Shown here: positions 1-11,225 of the stretch, piece after piece
Numbering within the stretch: the stretch's first letter is position 1
Layout: every line of letters starts with the position of its first letter
Assembly (NCBI GenBank): GCA_017621455.1
Contig: JAGATC010000017.1
Coordinates: 113,172 to 177,171, forward strand
Source of the DNA: Alistipes sp.
Lineage (GTDB): Bacteria; Bacteroidota; Bacteroidia; Bacteroidales; Rikenellaceae
DNA length: 64,000 bases
Reading direction: 5' to 3'
The notes under the pieces: model-generated
The model's input: only the letters and a program-made list of their open reading frames with translations
What the model was told of the DNA's origin: nothing
Database searches by the model: none
Made by a program: the position numbers and the translations under genes

Positions 1-2
1 CA

Positions 3-818
3 CTCCGCATCATACGATACCGCCGCAGCGTCATCATCGAAAACATAACACTCTCATTCCCTGAGAAGAGCCCCAAGGATATTAAGCGCATAGCCAAGGG
101 TGCATACAAGACGCTTGCCGAGGTTATCGTCGACACCATCTGTTTAGCGGGTGCACCCAAGCGAGGCGACCTAAAGCATATCACATGGATCAACCGCGAG
201 GAGCACCTCGCACGCACCAAAGGGCGCGACTGGATAGCCATGGCCTCGCACTACGGCTGCTGGGAGTACCTACCACTATGGAGCCTCGAGGACCCCGATG
301 CCCACTTTATGGGTGTATATCACAGACTTAAGAGCGATGTATTTGAGCACTTCTACCGCCGCCTGCGTGCCTTAGCGCCGAACATCCACCAGGTGGAGAT
401 GAACGACACTATACGTCATTACATCAAGAACCGCGGACAGAATAAGGGCATCATCCTCGGCCTTATCTCAGACCAGTCACCACTGCTGCGTCCCGACACC
501 GAGTGGTTCGACTTTCTCAATCGCAAGACAGCATTTATCGACGGCAGCGAAAAGCTCGCCATGCGCTTCCATATCCCCGTCTACTTCTTATATATCGAAC
601 GTATCGAGGCGGGATACTACAGCGCACGCTTCGATGAGATATACGACGGCGTGGAGGAGGTGGCACCCAACGAGATTACACGCCGCTATGCCGTAGCCCT
701 CGAGGAGATGATTAAGCGATGCCCCGAGCTGTGGATGTGGTCGCATAAACGCTGGAAACACTACCCCGCGAAGCAGCTACGACGATTCGGCAAAATGACC
801 AAGAGTGGCGAGTGCTAA
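3..818 (+). CDS. Lipid A/lysophospholipid acyltransferase (LpxL/HtrB family), 5'-truncated by window edge
   Basis: Frame is open from base 3 (LRIIRYRRSVIIENITLSFPEKS...). Motifs HYGCWE, LISDQSP and PELWMWSHKRWK. Confidence 0.85.
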   Translation, partial: LRIIRYRRSVIIENITLSFPEKSPKDIKRIAKGAYKTLAEVIVDTICLAGAPKRGDLKHITWINREEHLARTKGRDWIAMASHYGCWEYLPLWSLEDPDAHFMGVYHRLKSDVFEHFYRRLRALAPNIHQVEMNDTIRHYIKNRGQNKGIILGLISDQSPLLRPDTEWFDFLNRKTAFIDGSEKLAMRFHIPVYFLYIERIEAGYYSARFDEIYDGVEEVAPNEITRRYAVALEEMIKRCPELWMWSHKRWKHYPAKQLRRFGKMTKSGEC

Positions 819-850
819 CAGCCCCGCCTAAACAACCCAAACTACTGAGT

Positions 851-1801
851 ATGAGTAACAACAAATATAGACTATCACTCATCACGACTATCTATGGCGT
901 TGAGCCATACATAGCCAAGTTTGCTGAGAGTTTTCTCGGTCAGACCTCCATTATGCCTGGCTGTGTTCAGTTCATCTTCGTGAACGACGGCACCAAGGAC
1001 CGCTCTATGGAGATACTCAATAGAGTTATCGAGGAGCGTTTCGAGCACCTAAATGAGCATATCACCATCATCAACAAGGAGAACGGCGGTCTGCCCCTCG
1101 CCCGCAAGAGTGGCTTGGATAGAGCTGAGGGCGAATATATACTCTTTGCCGATGCCGACGACTGGTTGGAGCTCGATGCAGCACACAAGATTATCGACAA
1201 AATTGATGAGACGCATGCCGACATCATCTACTTCGACATTGTCAAGGAGTATGGCTACAAGCAGAGCATCAAGCACGAACGCGAATACACTGCCGAAAGC
1301 CGATACCTATGGATAGAGAACATCTTTAACTATCGCTCGCACGGCTACACCGCGACAAAGTGTTTCCGACGCTCGCTATACACCGACAACAAGATATTTA
1401 CCCCTAAGTTGGGCATGCATGAGGATATGTACCTCATGTCGCAGATTATCGCCAAGGCCGAGAGCATCGTTCACCTGCATGAGGTGCTATACCACTACCG
1501 CAAGGATAACGAGAACGCCATGTGCTCACAGCGCCGCAAGGTGCGACATATAGCCTCGTCGCGCAACCTCCTGGACCTATACTCAAAGTTTATGGACGAC
1601 CTTGCAGATAGCCCCATACGCGATGTCGCCGATGGCATAGTTCTGCGTGCTGGCTGGCATCAGATTATCCACAAATGCGACCTCTATGGCGAGTATCCAT
1701 GGCTTGGCGAGGCCATACGTCGTGCCCATGTCAGCACCCGCTACCGCACTCCCCTACTCTTTCAGCTCATCGTGAAGTGCTACAACAGGATGTTCCATTA
1801 A
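851..1801 (+). CDS. Glycosyltransferase family 2
   Basis: FVNDGTKD, NGGLPLARKSG and FADADDW (DxD) motifs; start taken at MSNNKY. Confidence 0.85.
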   Translation: MSNNKYRLSLITTIYGVEPYIAKFAESFLGQTSIMPGCVQFIFVNDGTKDRSMEILNRVIEERFEHLNEHITIINKENGGLPLARKSGLDRAEGEYILFADADDWLELDAAHKIIDKIDETHADIIYFDIVKEYGYKQSIKHEREYTAESRYLWIENIFNYRSHGYTATKCFRRSLYTDNKIFTPKLGMHEDMYLMSQIIAKAESIVHLHEVLYHYRKDNENAMCSQRRKVRHIASSRNLLDLYSKFMDDLADSPIRDVADGIVLRAGWHQIIHKCDLYGEYPWLGEAIRRAHVSTRYRTPLLFQLIVKCYNRMFH

Positions 1802-1856
1802 CAGGGACATCACTCACTTTCGAGCTGTTTTCTATTGCACTTTCGCAGATTTTTCT

Positions 1857-1864
1857 TAACTTTG
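1857..1864 (+). promoter_or_regulatory. Bacteroidota -7 promoter box upstream of valS
   Basis: TAACTTTG matches TAnnTTTG, 77 nt before the valS ATG. Confidence 0.6.
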
Positions 1865-1941
1865 TCGGTTGTGCGCGTGCATTACGCGCGCGACGCACGA
1901 GATTTGCTCAAGGAAAATAACAAACAAAAATATAAAGAGTT

Positions 1942-4692
1942 ATGCAGTTAGCAGACAAGTATTCACCCGAACAGATTGAGCAGAAGTGGTACGACTTCTG
2001 GATCAAAGAGAACCTATTCCACTCGGAGCCCGATGCTCGCGAGCCATATACAATCGTTATCCCACCACCCAACGTCACAGGTATGCTCCACATGGGTCAC
2101 ATGCTCAACAACACCTTGCAGGATGTACTCGTACGTCGCGCCCGCATGCAGGGCAAGAACGCCTGCTGGGTGCCTGGCACCGACCACGCATCTATCGCCA
2201 CAGAGGCAAAGGTGGTGAAGAAGCTCTCGGAGCAGGGCATCAAGAAGAGCGACCTCACGCGTGAGGAGTTCCTCAAGCACGCATGGGAGTGGACAAACGA
2301 GCATGGTGGCATCATCCTCAAGCAGTTGCGCAAGCTCGGTGCTTCGTGCGACTGGGAGCGCACAGCCTTCACCATGGATGAGATTCGCTCGAAGAGCGTA
2401 ATCCGCGTATTCTGCGACCTCTACAACAAGGGACTCATCTACCGTGGCCTACGCATGGTGAACTGGGATCCCAAGGCACAGACAGCACTAAGCAACGAGG
2501 AGGTAATCTACCGCGAGGAGAAGAGTAAGCTCTACTACTTGAAGTACTACGTAGATGAGGCTGCGGGCTCTACCGACGGCGAGGAGGCTGATGCCGTAAC
2601 ACTCAGCGCAACAGATGCCTTCGACCCCACGGTTAAGCACCAGATACTCCACCGCGATGCCGAGGGTCGTCGCTATGCCGTAGTGGCAACAACACGTCCT
2701 GAGACAATCATGGGCGACACCGCAATGTGTATCAACCCCAAGGACCCCAAGAATACTTGGCTTAAGGGTAAGCGCGTAATCGTGCCCCTCGTAAACCGCG
2801 TGGTGCCCATCATCGAGGATCGCTACGTTGAGATTGAGTTCGGTACGGGTTGCTTGAAGGTGACTCCCGCGCATGATGTCAACGACTACATGCTCGGCAA
2901 GAACCACAACCTTGAGACCATCGACATCTTCAACGCCGACGCCACAATCAGCGAGGCGGGAGGCCTATACGTGGGCATGGACCGCATGGATGTGCGCAAG
3001 CAGATTGTCAAGGACCTCGCCGAGGCAGGCCTCTTGGAGAAGGTAGAGGACTACGACAACAAGGTGGGCTACAGCGAGCGTAATGCCGACACTGCCGTAG
3101 AGCCACGCCTCTGCATGCAGTGGTTCTTGCGTATGCAGCACTTCGCAGACATCGCACTACCTCCCGTAATGAACGACGAGATTAAGTTCCACCCCGCAAA
3201 GTACAAAACTACATACAACAACTGGCTCACCAACATTCAGGACTGGTGTATCAGCCGCCAGCTATGGTGGGGACACCGCATCCCTGCATACTTCCTCCCC
3301 ACGGCTGAGGGCACTGAGGAGAAGTTCGTAGTGGCTGAGAGCCGCGAGGAGGCATTGGCACTCGCCAAGGCTATGCCAGGCTATGAGAACATCACCGCCG
3401 AGGAGCTACGCCACGACGAGGATGCCCTCGACACATGGTTCAGCTCATGGCTATGGCCTATATCGCTCTTCAACGGCATTCTCGAGCCAGGCAACAAGGA
3501 GATTAGCTACTACTACCCCACCAACGACCTCGTAACAGGTCCCGACATCATCTTCTTCTGGATTGCACGTATGATTATGGCGGGCTACGAGTGGTGCGAC
3601 AAGAAGCCTTTCTCTAACGTCTACTTCACGGGTATCGTTCGCGACAAGCTCGGCCGCAAGATGTCGAAGCAGCTCGGCAACTCGCCCGATCCCCTCGACC
3701 TTATAGCTAAGTATGGCGCTGATGGTATGCGTGTAGCGATGCTTATGTCTACATCTGCCGGCAACGACGTGATGTTTGACGAGGCACTCTGCGAGCAGGG
3801 ACGTAACTTCTGCATAAAGATATGGAACGCCTACCGCCTTATCAACATGTGGGAGGTGGACACAACAATAGCACAGCCCGAGGCTTCAAAGGAGGCCATC
3901 GCATGGTTCGACGAGGTGATGCTCGAGCGCATCGAGCGCATCAACCACGACATGGAGCAGTATCGTATCTCGGAGGCATTCACCGAGCTCTACCGCTTGT
4001 TCTGGGATGACTTTAGCGGCTGGTACCTCGAGATGATTAAGCCTGCATATCAGGCACCTATCGACGCCGAGACCATAGCTCGCACCAAGCACTACTTCGA
4101 CCAGCTGTTGCGCCTATTGCACCCCTTCATGCCATTCGTTACGGAGGAGATTTGGCAGGACCTCAAGCCCGAGGCAGATGTTAAGTCTATCGTCGTTGCA
4201 CTCCAGCCCAAGGCTGAGCGCAAGGCCGACGAGAAGATATTGGCACGCTTCGCACTTGCCGAGGAGATAATTAGCGCCGTGCGTAACGTCCGCAAGCAGA
4301 AGAATATAGCACAAAAAGAGGCGCTCACGCTAAACTACATTGCCGACGAGAACTACCCCGCAGAGTTCGAGCCCGTAATCAAGAAGATGGGTAACATCAA
4401 GGAGGTAGCTGCCGTAGCAGAGAAGGACCCCGCAGCTGCAGCATTCATCGTAAAGACCACGCAGTACTTCATACCACTCGAGGGTAACATCGACAAGGAG
4501 GCAGAGCTTAAGAAGCTCGCTGCCGATTTGGAGTACCTTGAGGGCTTCCTCTCTTCGGTAATGAAGAAGCTATCGAACGAGCGCTTCGTTTCGTCAGCAC
4601 CTGAGAAGGTTGTCGCCAACGAGCGCGCTAAGCAGGCAGATGCCGAGGCTAAGATTGCCGCCATCAAGGCTCAAATCGACGCCCTTAAATAG
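1942..4692 (+). CDS. valS: Valine--tRNA ligase
   Basis: [13 protein letters not shown] (HIGH-like), [20 protein letters not shown] (KMSKS-like), C-terminal coiled coil. Confidence 0.98.
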   Translation: MQLADKYSPEQIEQKWYDFWIKENLFHSEPDAREPYTIVIPPPNVTGMLHMGHMLNNTLQDVLVRRARMQGKNACWVPGTDHASIATEAKVVKKLSEQGIKKSDLTREEFLKHAWEWTNEHGGIILKQLRKLGASCDWERTAFTMDEIRSKSVIRVFCDLYNKGLIYRGLRMVNWDPKAQTALSNEEVIYREEKSKLYYLKYYVDEAAGSTDGEEADAVTLSATDAFDPTVKHQILHRDAEGRRYAVVATTRPETIMGDTAMCINPKDPKNTWLKGKRVIVPLVNRVVPIIEDRYVEIEFGTGCLKVTPAHDVNDYMLGKNHNLETIDIFNADATISEAGGLYVGMDRMDVRKQIVKDLAEAGLLEKVEDYDNKVGYSERNADTAVEPRLCMQWFLRMQHFADIALPPVMNDEIKFHPAKYKTTYNNWLTNIQDWCISRQLWWGHRIPAYFLPTAEGTEEKFVVAESREEALALAKAMPGYENITAEELRHDEDALDTWFSSWLWPISLFNGILEPGNKEISYYYPTNDLVTGPDIIFFWIARMIMAGYEWCDKKPFSNVYFTGIVRDKLGRKMSKQLGNSPDPLDLIAKYGADGMRVAMLMSTSAGNDVMFDEALCEQGRNFCIKIWNAYRLINMWEVDTTIAQPEASKEAIAWFDEVMLERIERINHDMEQYRISEAFTELYRLFWDDFSGWYLEMIKPAYQAPIDAETIARTKHYFDQLLRLLHPFMPFVTEEIWQDLKPEADVKSIVVALQPKAERKADEKILARFALAEEIISAVRNVRKQKNIAQKEALTLNYIADENYPAEFEPVIKKMGNIKEVAAVAEKDPAAAAFIVKTTQYFIPLEGNIDKEAELKKLAADLEYLEGFLSSVMKKLSNERFVSSAPEKVVANERAKQADAEAKIAAIKAQIDALK

Positions 4693-4705
4693 CGATTGCT
4701 CTATA

Positions 4706-5161
4706 ATGGCAGACATCACCATATATACCGACGGCTCGGCTCGTGGCAACCCCGGGCCGGGCGGTTATGGTATTGTGCTCATGTCGGGGCCCTATCGCAA
4801 GGAGCTCTCGGCAGGCTACCGTCTCACCACAAACAACCGCATGGAGCTTATGGCCGTATGTGTGGCATTAGAGGCGCTTAAGTACGACGGCTCGAACGTC
4901 ACGCTCTACTCCGACTCGAAATACGTAATCGAGGCGGTAAACCAGCGCTGGGTATTCGGTTGGGAGCGTAAGGGCTTCGCCGGCAAGAAGAACCCCGACC
5001 TATGGATGCGCTTCTTGAGGGTCTACCGCCGCCATAACGTACGCTTTGTGTGGGTCAAGGGTCACGCCTCAACTGTTGAGAACAATCGTTGCGATGAGCT
5101 TGCCGTAGCCGCAGCACTCGGTGCAACACTACTCGAAGATGTGGGCTACGACGGCCAATAA
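4706..5161 (+). CDS. rnhA: Ribonuclease HI
   Basis: IYTDGSARGNPGPGG, TTNNRMEL, SDSKY, WVKGH, NNRCDELA. Confidence 0.97.
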   Translation: MADITIYTDGSARGNPGPGGYGIVLMSGPYRKELSAGYRLTTNNRMELMAVCVALEALKYDGSNVTLYSDSKYVIEAVNQRWVFGWERKGFAGKKNPDLWMRFLRVYRRHNVRFVWVKGHASTVENNRCDELAVAAALGATLLEDVGYDGQ

Positions 5162-5186
5162 ATCAACAGCGTTAACCAAAGATAAT

Positions 5187-5792
5187 ATGAGTAACAACGA
5201 ACAACCTACGCGCAAGCAGTCGTGGAAGCCAGGGACGTTAATCTACCCTCTGCCTGCTGTGCTGGTATCGGTGGGAGCGACGCCCGAGGAGTATAACCTG
5301 CTGACAATAGCCTGGACGGGCACCATCTGCACCGACCCACCGATGTGTTATATCTCGGTACGCAAGGAGCGCCACTCGTACGACATCATACGCCGCACGG
5401 GAGAGTTTGTCATCAACCTCACGACCGAGGCTATGGCACGTGCTACCGACTGGTGCGGTGTACGCTCGGGACGCAACAAGAATAAGTGGGAGGCAGCGAA
5501 GCTTACGCCTATGGCTAATCCGCATGTCTCAGCACCCATCATCGCTGAATCTCCCCTCTCTATCTGCTGCCGCGTGCGTGAGGTTAAGGAGCTTGGCTCG
5601 CACGACATGTTTATCGCTGATGTTGTTGGCGTCGAGGCCGATGAACGATACATCGACCCTGAGACGGGTAAGTTCTCGCTCGACAAGGCCTCGCCCATAG
5701 TCTACTCACATGGCGAGTACTACACCCTCGGCAAGCTTATCGGTCACTTTGGCTGGTCGGTACGAAAGAAGAGAACCAAAAGAGGTAAATAA
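5187..5792 (+). CDS. Flavin reductase-like family protein
   Basis: PLPAVLVS, TIAWTG, FVINL and GSHDMFIA motifs. Confidence 0.85.
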   Translation: MSNNEQPTRKQSWKPGTLIYPLPAVLVSVGATPEEYNLLTIAWTGTICTDPPMCYISVRKERHSYDIIRRTGEFVINLTTEAMARATDWCGVRSGRNKNKWEAAKLTPMANPHVSAPIIAESPLSICCRVREVKELGSHDMFIADVVGVEADERYIDPETGKFSLDKASPIVYSHGEYYTLGKLIGHFGWSVRKKRTKRGK

Positions 5793-5809
5793 TAGAATAT
5801 TGATTTGAT

Positions 5810-6385
5810 ATGAATACCGAACAACACGATCTACTAAATAAATACGAGGAGGGTCTACGCAAGGCCCTTATCGACTTCCTATCGAAGGAGGGCATGATGG
5901 AGGGACGCATACTTGAGGTTGAGGAGCTTAACGAGAAGTGGCGTACCTCGGCACCATCATATATGGTCGATGCCGTACCCGAGGTTGCTAAGTACCCACT
6001 TGTTGCCATTGCCTGGGCTATGTACGAGGGTATGGGTGCTGCCGTATTGTGGGATAAGGAGTGGAACCGCTATGCCGATGTTGAGGACCTGCATAAGCTC
6101 TTCACCGAGCCCCGCGGCTTCGACTGCATGGACGAGTACATCACCGAGATACTCCTATGCCACCCCCTGGAGAGCCCCGAGGCTGTGAAGGTTGAGAACC
6201 TTATACGTTCTACGGCCGAGCTTGCCTTGTCGCTTATCCGCAAGGAGCAGGTCGAGGCACAGAGCGTCATGGCATTCCACGTCTTTGCGCGCACCACAAA
6301 GGTTATGTTTGAGCTCGGCGTGTCAGTAGAGCTTAAGCGCCTGGGTTACAACTATGTTAAGGTAAATGCCGAGGTGGTGAACTAA
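5810..6385 (+). CDS. Hypothetical protein
   Basis: 191-aa ORF with backbone-like codon usage; no motif recognised. Confidence 0.7.
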   Translation: MNTEQHDLLNKYEEGLRKALIDFLSKEGMMEGRILEVEELNEKWRTSAPSYMVDAVPEVAKYPLVAIAWAMYEGMGAAVLWDKEWNRYADVEDLHKLFTEPRGFDCMDEYITEILLCHPLESPEAVKVENLIRSTAELALSLIRKEQVEAQSVMAFHVFARTTKVMFELGVSVELKRLGYNYVKVNAEVVN

Positions 6386-6394
6386 CCTAATCTA

Positions 6395-6524
6395 TATTTT
6401 TTGTTAGAAGGGATTAGATTTAATCCCGATAAAGAAATTTCCCCCGGATGGGACATACGTAACGTATTTCCCATTCGGGGGAATGATTTAGGGGCTAAAG
6501 ATAGCCCCTTATCACAAAAAATTA
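6395..6524. mobile_element. MITE-like element, family A copy 1
   Basis: Ends TTGTTAGAAGGG ... CCCTTATCACAA; internal palindrome CCCCCGGATGGGA..TCCCATTCGGGGG; abuts the rplT stop codons. Confidence 0.65.
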
Positions 6525-6869
6525 CTATTTAACTGCATTAACAATTGCCTCAAACGCCTTAGGCTCGTTGAGAGCGAGGTCCGCCAAAACCTTACGGTTG
6601 AGGGCGATACCCTTGTTGTTCATCTTACCGATAAACTCTGAATAGGTCATACCATACATACGAACTGCAGCATTGATACGAACAATCCACAATGAACGAT
6701 AAGTACGCTTCTTCTCACGACGGTGAGAGTAAGCAAACTGTAAACCCTTCTCGACAGTATTTTTCGCAACTGTCCATACGTTTCCCCTTGAACCAAAGTT
6801 ACCCTTGGCAAGCTTCAAAACCTTCTTTCTTCTTGCGCGTGACGCAACAGCGTTGACTGAACGTGGCAT
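6525..6869 (-). CDS. rplT: 50S ribosomal protein L20
   Basis: [16 protein letters not shown] ... LWIVRINAA ... NRKVLADLA. Confidence 0.98.
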   Translation of the reverse strand: MPRSVNAVASRARRKKVLKLAKGNFGSRGNVWTVAKNTVEKGLQFAYSHRREKKRTYRSLWIVRINAAVRMYGMTYSEFIGKMNNKGIALNRKVLADLALNEPKAFEAIVNAVK

Positions 6870-6994
6870 AAATTAAAAGTTTTTGATAGAGTTGGTAGCG
6901 GTGTGATTCTCTCACACTCTTTAGGGCTACTGCGCTCCGTTGTTAAAAAAAATGTTGTTTGTTTAGTTACTACTACTTTACAGCGGTCTGTTAA

Positions 6995-7189
6995 TTACTT
7001 AACGAGCAACTGCTTGATCTTAGCCTCATCAGCTGGAGATACGATACCTGAGTAGCAAAGGTTACGCTTACGCTTGTTAGTCTTTTTTGTCAGGATGTGA
7101 CTGTGATAAGCGTGCTTACGCTTGATCTTACCTGTGCCGGTGAAAGAAAAACGCTTCTTTGCAGCGGCATTTGTTTTCATTTTTGGCAT
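6995..7189 (-). CDS. rpmI: 50S ribosomal protein L35
   Basis: [29 protein letters not shown]. Confidence 0.98.
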   Translation of the reverse strand: MPKMKTNAAAKKRFSFTGTGKIKRKHAYHSHILTKKTNKRKRNLCYSGIVSPADEAKIKQLLVK

Positions 7190-7223
7190 TGTTACAAAAG
7201 TTAATTTAGTTAATAATAGCGCG

Positions 7224-7254
7224 CAAAGGTAAAAATTAATTTCGAGACTGCAAA
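7224..7254 (-). promoter_or_regulatory. Promoter for rpmI-rplT
   Basis: Minus strand TTTG-N19-TACCTTTG. Confidence 0.75.
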
Positions 7255-7293
7255 ATTATCGAATCCATTTTTTACATGACAGCGACTCTTTTG

Positions 7294-8460
7294 CTACTCT
7301 TCTGCTATGATAAACTGCGTAGCAACGGGGAGGTGATCCGAGAGCACTACCTCTTCGTTTGCGTCGTAGTTGATAGGCTCAAGACCCTCCGAGTAGAGGA
7401 TGTAGTCGATACGCAACCAACCCCACATTGGACGATAGGTACGGCCATAGCCACTACCCATCTCAACGAAGGCATCGTTGAGATTCTCGGTCATCACGTT
7501 GTATACATACGACATGGGGGCATCGTTGAAGTCACCCACGACAATATGGCGATATGGTGTAGCGTCGATAACCTTACGCAAAGAGTCTACATGGTTGATA
7601 CGCACAATAGAGTTGTGCTCAACGCGGTCGATGATGCTCATCATGCGGTCGCCATCGCTGAGGATGGTACCCTGTGAGATGTTATCCACATCGTCGACGG
7701 TGATGCTCATGGTGTAGAAGTGGTTGTTGAAGATACGCATCGTATCGCGCTTATCCTTGATAATATCCACCCACTGCGATGTGCCACGGTTTGTTCCCGA
7801 GATGCCACCATCGGCAATGATGGGATAGCGGCTATAGGTACGTAGCACCACATTCTCCGACTCATGCACATCGCGCACATATACCTCATTAAATACGCCA
7901 CGTATAAGCGAGTCTACCAGCTCCACGCCGTCAGCATCTATGGAGAACTCCTGCAAGCAGATCACATCTGCCGCCTTTATTCTATCGGTAAAGGGGTTTG
8001 AGTTGGCTATAAACTCGGCATAGTCACCCACCTTGCGTGTGCCATCGTCGGTGTAGAAGCCACGCACGTTGTACGAGAGCACCGTGAAGGCGTGCTTATT
8101 ATCCGAGTCGCTACCGCGGAAGAAGTTGATATTGTAGAACTGCGAGAAGTAGAATAGTCCGGGGATGAGCACAATGGCCACAGCGCCAGCCACCTTCCAC
8201 TCTCGGGCAATAAGCCAGATAAGCAGCGAGACCAATACACCAACGAAGAGTATTGGGGCGAAGTGTCCCACGATGGTTAGTGATCCGAAGCTCTCGGGAG
8301 AGATATAGGGCGTAAGGTATGAGATGATAAGAGCCACAGCCAGCGATATGGTTAGCGCCAAGTGGACAATAAAGAGTATCATCCCGAAATAGGTACGCTT
8401 CGACTTCTCCTGAGATTCGCCCAATGGCGAGTTACTGTAGGTTTCGCTATTATTTGACAT
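7294..8460 (-). CDS. Endonuclease/exonuclease/phosphatase family membrane protein
   Basis: N-terminal TM helices; SYNV, CLQE, GDFND, RIDYI and SDH motifs. Confidence 0.88.
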   Translation of the reverse strand: MSNNSETYSNSPLGESQEKSKRTYFGMILFIVHLALTISLAVALIISYLTPYISPESFGSLTIVGHFAPILFVGVLVSLLIWLIAREWKVAGAVAIVLIPGLFYFSQFYNINFFRGSDSDNKHAFTVLSYNVRGFYTDDGTRKVGDYAEFIANSNPFTDRIKAADVICLQEFSIDADGVELVDSLIRGVFNEVYVRDVHESENVVLRTYSRYPIIADGGISGTNRGTSQWVDIIKDKRDTMRIFNNHFYTMSITVDDVDNISQGTILSDGDRMMSIIDRVEHNSIVRINHVDSLRKVIDATPYRHIVVGDFNDAPMSYVYNVMTENLNDAFVEMGSGYGRTYRPMWGWLRIDYILYSEGLEPINYDANEEVVLSDHLPVATQFIIAEE

Positions 8461-8543
8461 GGTGTTTTGGTTTTAGCACCCGAGTGGGAGGCTCGCTTGT
8501 GCAGGTTATTGTTTGTGTCCGTTAGTCATTATTTGGGGTTCGC

Positions 8544-9224
8544 CTAAAAGTAGTAGTTGCGGCGACGGCGGTCGATATGACGCCATAGGAGCAGCAGGAG
8601 CCAGCCCCAGAACATGCCGCCGAGGTGGGCGAAGTGTGCCACGCCGCTCATTGTGCCCGACACGCCAAGGAGTAGCTCCAAGGCGCCATAGATGATGACA
8701 AACCACTTGGCTTTCATTGATATAGGCGGGAAGATGAGTGATATTATGGCATTAGGGTGCAGCATGCCGAATGCCAACAATAGGCCGAATATAGCACCCG
8801 AGGCACCCACCGTGGGTATGCCCATATAGTAAGCCCATTCTTGAGACCACACTGGCATATTCGATAGGTCTATCTGCGCAACGCCCATCTGGAACAGTGC
8901 TGCTCCCACACCACATACGAGGTAATAGATTAGGAAGCGCTTCCAGCCCAGCTCATACTCCAACATACGGCCGAACATCCACAACGAGAACATGTTGAAG
9001 AAGAGGTGCGTGAAGCCGCCATGCATAAACATATATGTAAACGGCTGCCAGATGTTGAAGAGTGTACAATTGGCATCAAGGCAGCGAAGGTCTACGTTAT
9101 ATAGCGCAAAATTCTCCCACATGGGAGCCTCAAAGAGCATCTGCGCCAAAAAGACCACAGCGTTTGCTATTAGCAGGTTCATCACCACGGGGGGTGTTGA
9201 CGAGTGTGTTCTGAATATTGACAT
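8544..9224 (-). CDS. Rhomboid family intramembrane serine protease
   Basis: HLFFNM, GASG (catalytic Ser) and AHLGG (catalytic His). Confidence 0.93.
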   Translation of the reverse strand: MSIFRTHSSTPPVVMNLLIANAVVFLAQMLFEAPMWENFALYNVDLRCLDANCTLFNIWQPFTYMFMHGGFTHLFFNMFSLWMFGRMLEYELGWKRFLIYYLVCGVGAALFQMGVAQIDLSNMPVWSQEWAYYMGIPTVGASGAIFGLLLAFGMLHPNAIISLIFPPISMKAKWFVIIYGALELLLGVSGTMSGVAHFAHLGGMFWGWLLLLLWRHIDRRRRNYYF

Positions 9225-9260
9225 AGCCTATAGTTAGGTTAGTTTTATCTTATTAAATCC

Positions 9261-11177
9261 TTAATTCTTAGTTAGTTTAGCCCTTATCTCCTCGGTTGTA
9301 AGCTCAGCCATGATGGGCGCTCCCGAGGGTGCGAAGCTCGGATTAGAGCACTTCGCGAGGCGGTGCAGCAGCTCCAATGCCTCTGCCGACTTTACGCCAC
9401 GGCCATAGCCCCAGCTACCACGGCGCGCCATAAGCTCCGCAAGGCGCTCACGCTCACGCTCCAATGGCATCGTACCATCCTCAATGCCGTGAAGCATCTC
9501 GTATAGGAGCTCGTCCAGTGGCGTCGCCACATCGAGAATCGCAGGGCGACCAATAACCGAGATATGTCCCTCGCCACGATACTCCACCTCGAAGCCCAAG
9601 GCGGCAAACTCCGTGGCATGCTCCTCCATTAACGCATACTCATCCTTGGCTAAGGTCAGCTCCTCGGCAAAGAACATACGCTGCGTAGGCACTGAGCCCT
9701 TGACAATGGTCGAGAGTATCTCCTCGTAGAGGATGCGTTCCTTAGCTCGGCGCAACGCTACAACCACACCACGGCCACCATACGTAGCCACAGCATAGCC
9801 CTCGCCCAGCACCATGCACTCGCCAAAGGTTAGCTCCTCGACACTCTGCATCGACGACGACACTATGTCGAAGAGCGACTCCTCATCCTCCGCCTCGTCG
9901 TCGATAAACTCCATCACGCTACCCGAGGCCATCACCCCTGACTGCGGTGCCACATCCTTAACAACGCTCACCTCAGCACGCTTCATAGCGCCATCGTAGG
10001 GCACATCGAAGCCCGTAAACGGCACATCGGGCATAGGGGCAGTGGGGTCGATATACTCCTCCAAGAAGGGGTTATACGACACGTTTGTTGCGGTGCGTGG
10101 CTCACGATAGCTACGACTGCCACCGTCACGCCCATATACCGGGATGTCAACAGCACCCTCCGCCGAGAAGTCCATCATGGGCACTGCGCCAGTCTTAGCC
10201 AAGGTCTCGCGCACTGCCGCCTGAAGTATCTCGAGGATGACATCCGTATCGGCAAACTTCACGGTGGTCTTCTGCGGATGCACGTTGACATCTACCCTAT
10301 CGGGATCCACCGTGATATATATAAAATAGGAAGGCATGCAGCCCTCGGGTATAAGCTTCTCATAGGCACGCACGATGGCTCGTTGCATTGCCTGCGAGTA
10401 GAAGTAGCGTCCGTTGACGAAGAGATACTGCTCGTTGTTGCGTCTCTTGGCAGCAGCGGGACGGCCCACAAAGCCCTCGATACGCACCACCGATGTATCC
10501 ACCTCAACATCAAGCAGATTTTGACGTATATGCTTACCCACAACGTCCACAATGCGGCCACGACGATTCGTAGGCTGCAACATATATAGTGGGGCATCGT
10601 TCTGGCGTAGCTCGAACTCCACCTCGGGGTTACATAGCGCCACACGCTGGAACTCGCTCTTAATCTGCGAAGCCAGGCGCGAGTTATCGCCATCGATAAA
10701 CTTACGGCGCGAGGGGACATTATAGAAGAGGTTGCGCACCATAAACTGCGAGCCCTTCGAGCACGACACAGGCGTCTGACTACGAAACTCGCCACCGGCA
10801 ATCTCGGTTATCGTGCCCAGTTCATCCTCCTCGCGGCGTGTGCGCAGCTCCACCTCTGCCACAGCGGCAATCGAGGCAAGAGCCTCACCTCTAAAGCCGA
10901 AGGTGTGTAGCTGATATACATCCTCTATCGAGCGTATCTTCGACGTGGCGTGGCGGTCGAATGCCATGCGTGCATCTATGGCCGACATACCAACACCGTC
11001 GTCGACAATCTGGATAAGGTCCTTGCCACCATTGCGGAAGTTGACACGCACCGAACGAGCACCGGCGTCAATGGAGTTCTCCATCATCTCCTTGACGACG
11101 TTCGAGGGGGCGTTAACAACCTCACCTGCAGCAATCTGGTTTGCCACAATCTCTGGCAGCAGTCTTATTTTATCCAT
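9261..11177 (-). CDS. mutL: DNA mismatch repair protein MutL
   Basis: NQIAAGEVV, KEMMENSIDAG, GFRGEALASI, DVNVHPQK. Confidence 0.96.
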   Translation of the reverse strand: MDKIRLLPEIVANQIAAGEVVNAPSNVVKEMMENSIDAGARSVRVNFRNGGKDLIQIVDDGVGMSAIDARMAFDRHATSKIRSIEDVYQLHTFGFRGEALASIAAVAEVELRTRREEDELGTITEIAGGEFRSQTPVSCSKGSQFMVRNLFYNVPSRRKFIDGDNSRLASQIKSEFQRVALCNPEVEFELRQNDAPLYMLQPTNRRGRIVDVVGKHIRQNLLDVEVDTSVVRIEGFVGRPAAAKRRNNEQYLFVNGRYFYSQAMQRAIVRAYEKLIPEGCMPSYFIYITVDPDRVDVNVHPQKTTVKFADTDVILEILQAAVRETLAKTGAVPMMDFSAEGAVDIPVYGRDGGSRSYREPRTATNVSYNPFLEEYIDPTAPMPDVPFTGFDVPYDGAMKRAEVSVVKDVAPQSGVMASGSVMEFIDDEAEDEESLFDIVSSSMQSVEELTFGECMVLGEGYAVATYGGRGVVVALRRAKERILYEEILSTIVKGSVPTQRMFFAEELTLAKDEYALMEEHATEFAALGFEVEYRGEGHISVIGRPAILDVATPLDELLYEMLHGIEDGTMPLERERERLAELMARRGSWGYGRGVKSAEALELLHRLAKCSNPSFAPSGAPIMAELTTEEIRAKLTKN

Positions 11178-11225
11178 ACCTTATCTGGTTCCTTCGCTTA
11201 TTGGATGGTGTCCTTATCTGAGGCT

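Noticed and set aside
2548-2680. Acidic insertion in ValS before ATTRPET as a possible intein
   Set aside because: Only about 40 aa, with no Cys/Ser start or His-Asn end; treated as a loop insertion.
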